Shown here: positions 50,361-62,318 of the stretch, in pieces | How positions within the stretch are numbered: position 1 is the stretch's first letter | Layout of the letters: each line of letters opens with the position of its first letter | Source of the DNA: Somniosus microcephalus | Lineage: Eukaryota | Length of the DNA stretch: 64,000 nt | Direction: 5' to 3' | NCBI GenBank assembly: GCA_052327205.1 | Contig: CM126224.1 | Location: 28,086,001-28,150,000 of the forward strand | Translations under genes and position numbers: made by a program | The notes under the pieces: generated by a model | What the model saw: the letters and a program-made list of their open reading frames with translations, nothing else | Databases searched by the model: none | Told to the model about the DNA's origin: nothing

Positions 50361-50402
50361 TCCAGTATATCTGATCCGATTTAATCCGATTTTTAATTTA
50401 AG

Positions 50403-51228
50403 AACACATAGAAACATAGAAGATAGGAGGAGTAGGCCATTCGGCCCCTCGAGCCTGTTCCACCATTCAATGTGATCAAGACTAATCATCCAAGTTCAGT
50501 ACCCGGTCCCTGCTTTCTCCCCATACCCCTTGATCCCTTCAGCCTTAAGAAATATATCCAACTCCTTCTTGAATATATTTAATGAATTGGCCTCTACTGC
50601 CTTTTGTGGTAGAGAATTCCACAGGTTCACCACTCTCTGGGTGAAGAAATTCCTCCTCATTTCTGTCCTAAATGGCCTACCCCTTATCCTTAGACTGTGA
50701 CCCCTTGTTCTGGACTCCCTGACCATCGGGAACATCCTTCCTGCATCTAGTCTGTCTAGTCCTGTCAGAATTTTATAAGTTTCAATGAGATCCCCTCTCA
50801 TTCTTCTAAACTCCAGCGAGTACAAGCCCAATCGACCCAATCTCTCTTCATACGTCATTCCTACCATCCCAGGTATCAGCCTGGTGAATCTTCGCTGAAC
50901 TCCTTCCATGGCAAGAACATCCTTCCTCAGATAAGGTGACCAAAACTGCACACAATACTCAAGGTGTGGTCTCACCAAGGCCCTGTATAACTGCAGCAAG
51001 ACATCCTTGTTCCTGTACTCAAACCCTCTCGCTACGAAGGCCAACATGCCATTTGCCTTCTTAACCGCCTGCTGCACCTGCATGCTTACCTTCAGCGACT
51101 GGTGCACAAGGACACCCAGGTCTCATTGCACTTCCCCTTCTCCCAATCTATTGCCATTCAGATAATAATCTGCCTTCCTGTTTTTGCCACCAAAGTGGAT
51201 AACCTCACATTTATCCACATTATATTGC
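50403..51228 (-). mobile_element. Young CR1/HER1 LINE 3' fragment with open ORF2 C-terminus (50496-51107)
   Basis: 203-aa open frame HQSLKVSMQVQQAVKKANGMLAF...GIKGYGEKAGTGY; 3' UTR and CTATG-type tail. Confidence 0.95.
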
Positions 51229-51234
51229 ACATGT

Positions 51235-51350
51235 TTTACCTCATTACAACAGTGATTCACTCCACTTCAAAAGTACTTAATTGACTGTAAAGTGCCTTGA
51301 GACATCCGGTGGTCATGAAAGGCGCTATATAAATGCAAGTCTTTCTCTCT
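51235..51350 (+). mobile_element. DeuSINE 3' tail
   Basis: CATTACAACAGTGA...CTTCAAAAGTACTTAATTGACTGTAAAGTGC...GAAAGGCGCTATATAAATGCAAGTCTTTC. Confidence 0.8.
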
Positions 51351-52631
51351 TCTCTCATCAATGCCTTTTGTCTGCCAACTGGAACGCTCAAGTCAATTAA
51401 TCTGTCCAATGCCTTCTAACACTCTCCTAACTATCCATTACGCTCCAAGGGCTGTATTTCCTTCTTGGCTGGAGAAAGGGTTAAAACCCCGTGTTTGTAT
51501 ATTTACCAATGAAAGCAAAACAACAAATTCGTTAGTAGGAACGTAAAGCCTGCCAGTCACACCACAGATGAAGTAATGCTCTGCTCACACTTTTCAGGCA
51601 GCTAAATTGCCAGTTAACCAGTATAACTGATGAAACATTTAGTAATCCAGGGGTGATGGCTCCACAAAAATGGAAACAAATTACACAACAGGCTTAATGT
51701 CTGTTGAAAAGTGTCTATTTCATTCACATAAAGCAGCCTCTTTCCTAGAAATTAACAATTACACATCCGATTTAAAAGAATAAATCTAACACTGATTGGG
51801 CGCATGCATATTTGGGCGCATGCATATTAGGATTGATGAGGATGCGTCACACAACAGAGGATGCCGATGGCTTCTGCGTTCAATTATCAACAAATTAACA
51901 TCTGTTTAGCAAATGCGAGCAGAGGTCTGACATACATATATATATGATGACAGAGAGGGTTATCTACCAAGGCTATTTTTAACAAAAAAATCAAGAAATG
52001 TGCAGTATACAGTAATTGGGTGCTCCCGGCAGCGCGGGAGAGTCAGACTCCTGTTATTGAGGTGTTCGGACTTCCGACAGCGCCAAGAAGCCGAGTAGTG
52101 GCAATTTGGAGAACTACCCCTACTGACTAACTCGGCCACCGCGGGAGACTCCAACTCGACAACATTTCCGGTTATTGAGGTGTTGTTTTCGGAGTATGAA
52201 TTTTGTCAGTTAAGAGAGAGTTCCCCACACATTCTTGCTGTATGCCTATAAACTGTAAGAAATCCACACAAGATCGGATTAAGAATATCTGTCTCAAAAT
52301 TAAGAGAAACGTGGACTGTGCAAAGAAGGAAAGTAATGAAAATAGCAAGATGAAAACAGATCGAAAAAGAAACCAGTAATCAATAAATGTGACTAATAGT
52401 AACTATTTTAATCAAAGGAAATTGGAGTCTTCTAGAACAAGTCAGATATCAATTGCACCATATACACTGTACTAATCAAATGTTATGGTCCATCAACTGC
52501 TTATTTTGTCCATTCCCCCCAAACATAGATGAACTGAAATATATAGATCTTGATACAAATAGCTTCAGTTGCATAAAAGCTGCTGCAGGATTATTCTTAG
52601 TTATGTACAGGGGTGGGAGGAGGCTCGTGTG

Positions 52632-53448
52632 ATATTAGTAGATTAAGTGAACAGCCAAAACAGTGGCAAATGGATTTCAATGTAGACAAATGTGAGGTCA
52701 TCCATTTTGGACCTAAATAGGATAGAACAGAGTACTTTCTAAATGGTGAAAAGCTAGAAACAGTGGAAGTCCAAAGAAACTTGAGGGTCCAGGTACATAG
52801 ATCATTAAAATATCATGGACAGTTACAGAAAATAATCAAAAAGGCTCATGAAATGCTGGTCCTTATATCTAGAGGACTAGAATACAAGGGAGTAGAGGTT
52901 ATGCTGCAGCTATACAAAGCCCTGGTTAGACCACACCTGGAGTACTGTGAGCAGTTCTGGGCACCACACCTTAGGAAGGATATATTGGCCTTGGAGGGAG
53001 TGCAGCGTGGGTTTACCAGAATGAAACCTGGACTCCAAGGGTTAAATTACGAGGAGAAATTACACAAACTAGAAGATTAAGGGGCGATTTGATTGAAGTT
53101 TTCAAGATATTAAGGGGACCTAATAGGGTAGATAGAGAGAAGCTATTTCTGCTCGTTGGGGAGTCTAGAACTGGGGGCATAGTCGAAAAATTAGTGCCAG
53201 GCCTTTCAGGAGTAAAGTTAGGAAACACTTCTACACGCAAAGGGTGGTAGAAGTGTGGCACTCTCTTCCACAAACGGTAACTGATGCTAGGTCAATTATT
53301 AATATTAAATTTGAAGTTGATAATACCTTTGGTTAACAAAAATCTAACGGATAGGGGGCAAAGGCGGAAGTTAGAGCACAGATCAGCCATGACCTTATTG
53401 AATGGCGGAACAGGCTCGAGGGGCGAAATGGCCTACTCCTGTTCCTGT
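52632..53448 (+). mobile_element. CR1/HER1 LINE 3' fragment inserted into the 3' UTR of another CR1 tail (52605-52631, 53449-53530)
   Basis: Same subfamily as 31580 (VEVMLQLYKALVRPHLEYCEQFWAP). Host GGGAGGAGGCTCGTGTG|...|GTGTGGAGCATCAACACCGGCATGGGCCTGTTGGGCCGAA. Confidence 0.92.
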
Positions 53449-56400
53449 GTGTGGAGCATCAACACCGGCATGGGCCTGTTGGGCCGAATTGCCTTTTTCT
53501 ATGCTGTAATTACTTTGTAGTACTTTGTAATTCAGACTGGCAAATAAACACAATATAGAATTTCTGTACTCAGGTAAATATGGACATTTGTTGATCTACA
53601 GATGTTGTCTTGCAATACCTTTCATTAAGGAAACCTTCATAACCGGTCACAAACAAGTTTTTGCCAAAATGCAGTTACATTTTGCCATGGTTATAACTGC
53701 AGCAATATTTTTTTAACAATAGGCAATTGTCATGGGGCCAACATTAATTTATAATTAGGATCTCCTGTACATTGATATAAATTTGTGATCTGCTGGATTC
53801 AAATAAAATATTTCACAGTTTTAGTGTATAAAGTAGCAGCAAGATTTATAAAATATGTGCATATATACCAGTCTTTAATCCAATTTTTACAAATACATTT
53901 TATAAAATTGCAAGAAACTTAAAAACAAACTGCAATCTGTCTCAAATGCACCAGGACATGAAACATGTCTGAAACATGGATAAATATGCAAGATTAGCAA
54001 TAACCAGAAAAGATTACGGTTTGGTGCCCATTTTATAATGAGCGTCAGGATCAGGTTAGCCTAGCCTAGAAATAGACAGCCAAAATGACTTAGGTGCAAA
54101 TAATCTACAAAATGCACTTTTTGTAATATTGTAGCCTCACAGATGTACAGATGTGTGTTTTGCATGATAGTTGTTAAATCGTTATTTTAAGTATGTATTT
54201 TCTTTGCAAGACTTCAAAATAGATTTCTACAAGTTACCCTGCTGTCTTCACATAGCATAGTAAATAATGGTTTTAAAATATTTAGGAGTTCTATCACATT
54301 TGGTGCAATCAATCCATTGCTAAATCATATCAATGTATTTCAGCATTAATGTGACACACTGGCACTATTGATTCATTTAAACAACTCCATCAAACTACAA
54401 TTTAACTTCTACAATATATTGGGCACATAAAAATGGCATTGCATGTTTAAAATTGTATTTAGATTATTTTGGTAATATATTACATTTTTATAATACACGT
54501 CTGCATTATCTATAGCATTGTTGAGTTGCTATTAGATACACTATATTAGATTAATTTTAAACAGCAACTACTAGCTGTGCTGATGCTTCAAAATATTGCC
54601 CTTTGTATAACTAATGCCAATTCTGAATATGAACTCAATTTTTGTATCCATCACCCCTGCACAACGCTGCATGAATTTCTCAGGAGAACAGCAACTAAAA
54701 GTATTTTTTTCTAATTTCCTTTCACCTATGTTAGGAAGGGAACAAGACTCAGAGTAGCAGTTAACAGCTGAAAAGTTAACTTCTGCTTTCTATGCTTCGG
54801 CTATCTTGCTCACCTGCCTACTCACATTTATTTTTTCGTTAAGCTAAACCCTCAGAGGAAAATGTTGCCCTAAGCAATCGTCTCCCACCTTTCTAACTCT
54901 TTTTCTTTCCATTATTCTCATGTAACTGTCTCCTCCTACCCATTTCTTCCTCAATTATTTTACAGGTGGTTGTGACAAAAATGAAGTATTTTTGTCTATG
55001 TTGTAATATAGTATTATCTTCTTTCCTTCTGTCATAGTGGATGCAGGAATATAAGGCAAGTGCATCCGCAGAAAATGGGTTAGCTTGATTTGATGCACAA
55101 TAGCCCCAGAATATATATCTGCAACAGGTATTTGAGCCACTCAATTCAAATACAAGCATTCTGAGGCTTTTCTTTGAATGTATGTTTGAATGGCAGAGCT
55201 TGGAGCTTAAGGGGTACTTATTGAAATTTTCTTTGTAACAGTCATGTTTTTGAAAGTTTACTCCAGCCTGTCTTGTTCCAATTCATGGCCCATCTAAAGC
55301 TATCAGACAGACAGATATAAAGATTCAGGGTCCTTGTGCCAAATCAAGTTCACACTGAAATTTAGTCCAGCAGGTGTGACTGTTATTTGCCATTCCAGGG
55401 AGGGATGCAAGTCTACAGTGCGTCATTGCTACTGTTCACTTATCCATTTATACTGTTTGATAAATCTGCTTGGCAGGTTTTCGTGTAACCAATAGTTAAA
55501 TAGACTTTTTTATCACCATCTAAAGTCAAAGAAGATTACACAAGGACACACAATATAACTGGTAAGCTGAGTGACGAGGGTTTTCTGTTCGACCCTTGGT
55601 CTCGCTACAAATTACCTCGACCGTGGGCAGGTTAAGGCACACTCCAGTTCATAGGATGTGGCCTAAGATGCTGAATCTGATAAAAGTACCTGGAGTACAA
55701 TCCCCCAAAAACATAACAGAGGTGTTAACCCGTTTGAAATAAATGGGTTAACACCACCGTTAAAATAGCAGAGAGGAATTTCAAACAAATGTATTAAGCA
55801 GTCATCCACATGGTATAATTTCAGGGTCCATCTAACCATCTCTTCCTGTCTATTCTTCTCCATGGTGCTCACTCTCTACCACGCCAGTATAATATTTTTA
55901 ATTTCCAACACCAGCCTTCCTTATAGCTTCTGAGTGAGATTGTCAATGTGTAGCATTATGGGGAGATTTTGCTGAACTAGGCTGAGATTCTCCAACTCAT
56001 TTCACTTGGGTCCCTTATCGCCAACAAAAAGGAGACGTTCAACCTAGGCTGGATTTGCTAGGCAAAAAGACAGCATGCTAACCTACTGCACCAGCCCATT
56101 CTCAATGGTGAATGTTGCGGAGAAAACTAGAGTTACCAAGTGTGACTATGTCAGAGAGCTGAATACAAAATGATTAATGGAATCATTAATCCAGGGCTCA
56201 ACTCAGCCAATGTGAGGATCAATAATGCTTTGCAGCCTGGTCCAACGTTTGCATTGGCACTCATTAAACATAAGAATTAGACTAAATGTCATCTTTAGTG
56301 TTTTCCTCTTTTTCCAAAGATGAAGTTTGCTCTTTAAGGGAGGTTAATCAGAATCATGACTTCTGTTTCTGGGTTACTGCAAAAGAGGTTCAGATCAGGG

Positions 56401-57454
56401 TCGCCCTGCCATATTTCTATACTGCTCCATCAGTTGCTATGTTACCCCTTTTTCGAGTCACTCCTCCTGTGTCCGAAATCCAGAAGCTGAGCTCTTACCT
56501 CAAACACTCACATCTCTCGCCCAAACCTGAGGGTATCTGTGCAGTCCGTCTGCAGCCAAATCAGATACAGAAATAACTTCCAAGCACAAGTCTAGAGGTT
56601 AACATTGACTACTGCTACCCTTCTATATCTTTCTGCTTGGACGCAATCAGCTGCTCTTCAGCTAGCGCACATCCAGCATGACCCAACCCCAGCCTCCCTT
56701 CCCTACTTGAACACACAAAGGAAGTGTTTACAACTCATCCACTTGATCGTCATCACAAGACAATTTCACATGGTTCCTGTTACAGTCTGCTAGGACCCAT
56801 TCAAACAGCTGCTGTTGAAAATGCTCTGACTGTGTAATCACTGTCTAGCTTTATTGGCGAAGTGATGAATGTGCCTTTTCACCACCCCAGCCAGAATAAT
56901 GTAACTGTTCAATTCAAATTACCACTCAACTCTTAAAGCCTCATCCCTCCGTGTAAAACTATTAAAAATAAAACCCTTATTGAGGATGGCGCATAGCTGG
57001 TATAATACAGTTACTAATATTTCATCTACGACATGCCTTCTACAGGAATGCATGAATAATCTTATGGAATCTGTTGTTTCTAAAAGGATCTGAAAGTGTT
57101 TCACAAGTTAGAAGAGAAAATGCTCATTACTTTTAACATTACTAACATCATTTTCCAAGTCTATTTTGAGCAAGATTTAGAAAAGGACCACGCCCAACAG
57201 GATCCCCTTTTTTTTTTTTAAAAACAAAAGGCATATGCAAAGATTTATAATGAACTTGCTGTTTCTAATTAAAGAAAGAAATAAATGCTAATACACTTGG
57301 TCAGGAATACTAGTGGGAAACAACTGCTGAGTCTAACATTGTGAAGAAGTGAATTAAACCAAGTTGAGATCTGAATCAAATTTCAAAACAGTGGCGATGG
57401 TGGCCCAAGCTGAATTTGGCCAGTTCAAGATAAGTAGAGAATACCTCAGAGATA

Positions 57455-57632
57455 AAAAGATAAATCTACTAATACTGGAACTGCGGGAACTACGCAGACG
57501 GTTAATCAGCAAGTGAAAGAGAAAGATTACTTAACGCGTTGAGTGTGACCATTCTGATGAAATGTTCCATTTTTTTCCCCCCCCAGGTGCTGATTGACTT
57601 GCTGTGCATTTCTGACATCTTCTGTTTTTATT
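57455..57632. mobile_element. Degenerate fold-back of Penelope-type ends
   Basis: ...GAAAGAGAAAGATTACTTAACGCGTTGAGTGTGACCATTCTGATGAAATGTT...GTGCTGATTGACTTGCTGTGCATTTCTGACATCTTCTGTTTTTATTT; CTGATGAA is retained. Confidence 0.5.
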
Positions 57633-58142
57633 TGACTGAGTTTAGGTTTAAAACATGTCTTGCATGTGGAAAGGGATGATTTCAACCTATGATTGTGGAC
57701 TGTAATTTTCCTTTTCTCATTGAACGTTTCCCCTCTCTCATGGCTGTGGAAAGGGTTAGGAAGGAAATAGTGGCTGTCTGTGGATGAAGCAATAGGTATG
57801 TCTACATTTCTCTAAAATTACATTGTTTTTTCAGTGGTCTATCCTGATTTTTTTTTGTGGTGTGTTCTGCAGTGTCATCAGTTCAATTGGTCCAGCAGGA
57901 ATGTTTGGATCCAGGCCCCGACAGTATGGAGAAAAATCTGCCCCACTATAGCGGAGCTAATGGCTGAGTTTTCTCTATTGTAACTGAGGGGTCACACACA
58001 TTTTATCAGAAAGAAGTCTCAATTCTCAATCCATACTTATCCCCATTTCTTTTGGAAATGGAAGCCAGTTGCTGTAGCTGCTGTAATCTGGTTATCAAAC
58101 AATAAACTGATTTAAATTCTTCCCATTGAGGTTCTTCCTCAT

Positions 58143-58420
58143 GAAAGAAAGACTTGCATTTATATAGCGCCTTTCATGACCTCAGGACACCCCAAAGTAC
58201 TTTACACTTCAAAAGTACTTCATTGGCTGTAGTCACTGTTGTAATGTAGGAAACGCGGCAGCCAATTTGCGCACAGCAAGCTCCCACAAACAGCAATGAA
58301 ACAAATGACATCATTTGTTTTAGGTGTTGGTTGAGGGATAAATGTTGGCCAGGACACTGGGAGAACTTCCCTGCACTTCGTTGAATAGTGCCGTGGGATC
58401 TTTGACGTCCACCTGAGAGG
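58143..58420 (-). mobile_element. DeuSINE 3' two-thirds
   Basis: Matches 28143-28420 in the same orientation. Confidence 0.85.
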
Positions 58421-60517
58421 GTAGTGTCTATTATAATGTAACACCTCATCATAAATCCCATAGTTTACTGCAAATTACCACCCGGGTACTACAATGTTCC
58501 CATAAAAGGTCCTGAAAGGTGTGAAGATGCCAGTTTCTGGGTGAACCTGGGTAATAACAAACCATATAGCCTAATTATACATACTCCATTACTGTGAGTC
58601 TTATGCATGCTCAGGTACTGAGCTGTGTACATTCAAATTACATACAACATTTGTACAGTGAATGGAGAGCTTGAAATGTGCTTGTTTAAATATTCTTAAT
58701 AACATCATGAGGCAGCTCCCAGTGAAAGTGCCATCCTGGTTTGTGGATGGCCCTATCCAATGAGATATGCCCCCAGTTCATCAACTTAAAACAGCAGGAA
58801 CAACAAAATAATTTGTACCGGAAAGAGCGCATCCAGGCAGGAAGCCAATAGATATGGGGGAAAGAGAGAATGCAATGTGTCTACAACTTCACATTCCACT
58901 AATTTGGGTAGTTCACATTACTTGACAGGACATTTCCTTAACTTGAATGTGCTGTTTTCTTCTGATTCGCTGTACGTTAACAAACTGTAATGAGGAGGGT
59001 CGGGTTTTTGTTCCCCCTTTGAACGTTTAAAGGTTTCATTGTAAAGTTATACATGGCAAGCAAGACATTTTTAAAAAGGAGCTGATTTAATTCGGACCAA
59101 CCTAAAGAACCTTTCACTGCACTTCCTCATGCCAAGTCCTCCTTCTGCCACTTTTTCCTTCCCAAACCGCCACTGCCGCTGTCTGGAGAAAGGCACCATT
59201 TTTGTCCAAGATACCACTTCCCACTCAAGTGCTGCACCACTTCCTCAGGACACAGCAGTTTCCCTCCAAACACTACTGCTAAACAGTCTGCAGGAAATCA
59301 CCAGATTCCTATATCAAAAGTCGCACAAATACCAAAACTCAAATAACATTTTTCTTTGACATGTCTACATACTAAACGTCTGCCAAAGGCAAATTACTTT
59401 TTTTCTGCTCTTATCTATTTTTTTTAAAGCTGGAAAACCCATCGCAAAAACATCCCAATACTCTAACCTTGCACATGCTCGGGAGATGCCGCACTGCGCT
59501 GCTGCAAGACAAGTATCAAGGAGGACGCTGTTGACTTAGGACCTGGAATTATGGGAATGTACACTGCAACCGGGAAAGTTCAGAAAAACTAAAAGCAACC
59601 AAGTTCAGCAGGATTTTTGGAATGAAGCGCCCATCTTTTGCTGGTTGAAAAGACAGAGATAACATCCCAGATTTTCCTGTAACGCCGAGATGGGCGACGT
59701 ACACTGCAACTTTTCGCTGTCTAGCTCACCGATCTTGCCGTTGATAACTTACTCCATATTTTCCTGCTTTCCCTATTATACTACGCCGCAGTGAGCATCG
59801 CGGCCAATCAGACACGGTGCAGTCATTGAATGACAATGGTGTTCGGAGGCTGCCAGGACCGCTTTGGTCATAGATCGACCTTGGTCATTTCAATCGCTGT
59901 GCAATTTCTGTGATTTTTCTGTTCATTACATTTAAATTGCCCTCACCATTTCGCATTTACTCGTAGAATCATGACAATACTCGAATCGGTTTTGCTCCAT
60001 ATTTTAAAATCATTCTGGAAATTCGTTTAGAACGGAAGAATAAAGCAACTTTGCAAAAATTCATTAAAAAAATTATGATTAAAGCTGTTGACTGTGTAAA
60101 ACCAGCCGGGCAGCCCCAGAACCTGAGCGGGAGAAGCAGGCCGAGACATTTGTAATCAATCTTAGAACAACTAGCTGGATTATTCAGCTGCTAGTTTATA
60201 ATATGGTGACATCACAGTCCATGAAGGCAAGAAATTGGATCTGGAGCTAAAATTAGATCTTTATCAATCAAACTCTCACTGTAAACAAATGTATTTCACT
60301 CCATTTTAAGGATCCATCCTAAATGGATTCCAATCCAAGTTTAAGGGTCCACCCTAAACACAGATATTCATTTAAAATTTCCATATTGCAATTCGGTTTT
60401 AGGCTGAATCCTCTGTATTTGGTGCTGGTACAGGCGGATGCCATTAAAAAAAAAAAAAAAACGATGTATTATTTTTTATATATATTAAACTTAAAGAATT
60501 ATTAATACTTATATAAA

Positions 60518-60799
60518 TGTAACCATGTAGGAATGTCTAGTTCCTATCCAAAAGACTGAGATCCACTCAGGCGATCAAATAAACGAGGTTTAATGAAAAC
60601 TAACAGAGTTTAACAGATAACTACAGGAGAACATCGAATATAGGTCTAGTCAGTTCGGAGGCTCCACGAGGACTGCTTGGGCGGTCCCGTGGCTGACGGC
60701 ATCATGTTTTTCCCGCCGGTGGGGATCACGTGATGAACGGCGTGACATCATCGCGTTTACCCGCGCTATTAAAGTGATCGCGCTCTGTACATGTAAACA
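60518..60799 (-). mobile_element. Possible solo LTR (Gypsy-like)
   Basis: TG...CA bounded ~280-bp CpG-rich insert in AT-rich DNA with a minus-strand ATTAAA near 60590; no convincing TSD. Confidence 0.35.
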
Positions 60800-61477
60800 G
60801 TGAAAACAAAAAGATACAGACTCAGGCTGTAGCTAACATATTATTAAAGGGAATTATATACAATTGATCGGAGTCCCTTAGTGGCTCCGCCACAACCAGC
60901 TGATTCCATGCACAATAGTTTGAGACTTGTATGCAATTTCATGAGGAGAAACTAAACATTCCTTAGGCTTTGAGGACTAGGTCCTCGCCTACCATCACGC
61001 AACTCTTTCAAAAACAGTTGAGTCATTTTTACTGTCATTGGGTTTAGAGATTAGAACATTCCGTCTGGCACCACCATTTAATGGCTATATGTCCTTTGAA
61101 TTGGCCAAAGTTGAACTCGCATTTTCGACATATCTACATAACTTCACCCTTGGGCTCAAACACACTGACTGAAAGGAATGACGCATTTTATAAGCATGGA
61201 CATTAAGGTTTGAACTATTTTTTCCTCAGTAAACATATCATAATTGCTTATCAGATCAAAGCAATGAATTGCTTTTGGAGTGCAATGACTGTTGCAAGAG
61301 GGAACCCTTTAATTAACCCTTGCCCTGTTGAGCAACTATGGACACTGCACCTACAGCACAAACAATACTTCAATTACACTGTTAGCTGATCAGACTGATG
61401 GCAGTCCATGTAGATGAGTTTACAACAGTATAAAGGAATACACAAACTTGATTAAAGCAGGTATCTAAAACTCACTG

Positions 61478-61700
61478 AATGGCTCAGTTGGTAAAGGCCA
61501 TGAGTAAATGAGCCATCCAGACTTGGAAGGTCCCAGGTTTGATCCCCAGTCTGTGATCTCAGCGAGGGTGGCAGTAAGGGTGCTGCAATAAGCCTCGGTG
61601 TCGCTGGGCTGGGAAGAGAAATATCAGCCAACGTGCTCACTCCTGAACATTGTCCAGTGACCTCAGGTGTGGGTGTGTTAGGGGGGGTCAGTGCGTGCTG
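61478..61700 (+). mobile_element. SINE family 'X' copy with a clear tRNA-like head
   Basis: A box TGGCTCAGTTGG and B box GGTTTGATCCCC, then GGGTGCTGCAATAAGCCTCGGTG...CTCCTGAACATTGTCCAGTGACC. Confidence 0.7.
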
Positions 61701-62073
61701 TGGGCTGGGCAATGTGCGCTGCGGGTTACTGTGTTGTGGGATTAACTCCTTAACATCCTCAGTCTTTGCGTCCAGCTACAATCTGTAAGCCTTTAAAATG
61801 CAAGCTGAACATTACCCAATCACTACTACCTGATTTACTGATCTTCCCTTTTACCTTTTTCAACCCTGATGCTGCCTTGCACTTTGGGCCTTTTACCTTT
61901 TAGTCAATAATAAAAAGAAATTGTATAATAGGCGAGCTATTTTTTTTCCTTCTCTTTAATATTTTGTTTCCAGCATTAAATCCCTGCCGTCTGTTGCTTG
62001 CCACCATACTTACTTCTTTCCCCAAGAGACCTGGGTTGGTTGGGTTGCCATCTTCTGCACATTGCCACTCTAT

Positions 62074-62318
62074 CAACAACAACAACAACCTGCGTCTATA
62101 CAGCGCCTTTAACAAAGTAAAACATCTCAAGGTGCTGCACAGGAGTGTAATCAGACAAGAAAAACTGCTACTGAGCCAAAGGAGGAGACATTAGGGCAGG
62201 TGGCCAAATGCTTGATCAAAGAGGTAGGTTTTAAGGAGTGCCTTAAAAGAGGAGAGAGAGGTGGAGAGGTTACGGAGGGGATTCCAGAGCTTAAGGCTGG
62301 ACATCTGGAGGCACAGTC
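62074..62318 (-). mobile_element. L2 LINE 3' fragment, interrupted by a hAT element
   Basis: Collinear with 18000-18240; resumes briefly after 63725. Confidence 0.85.
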
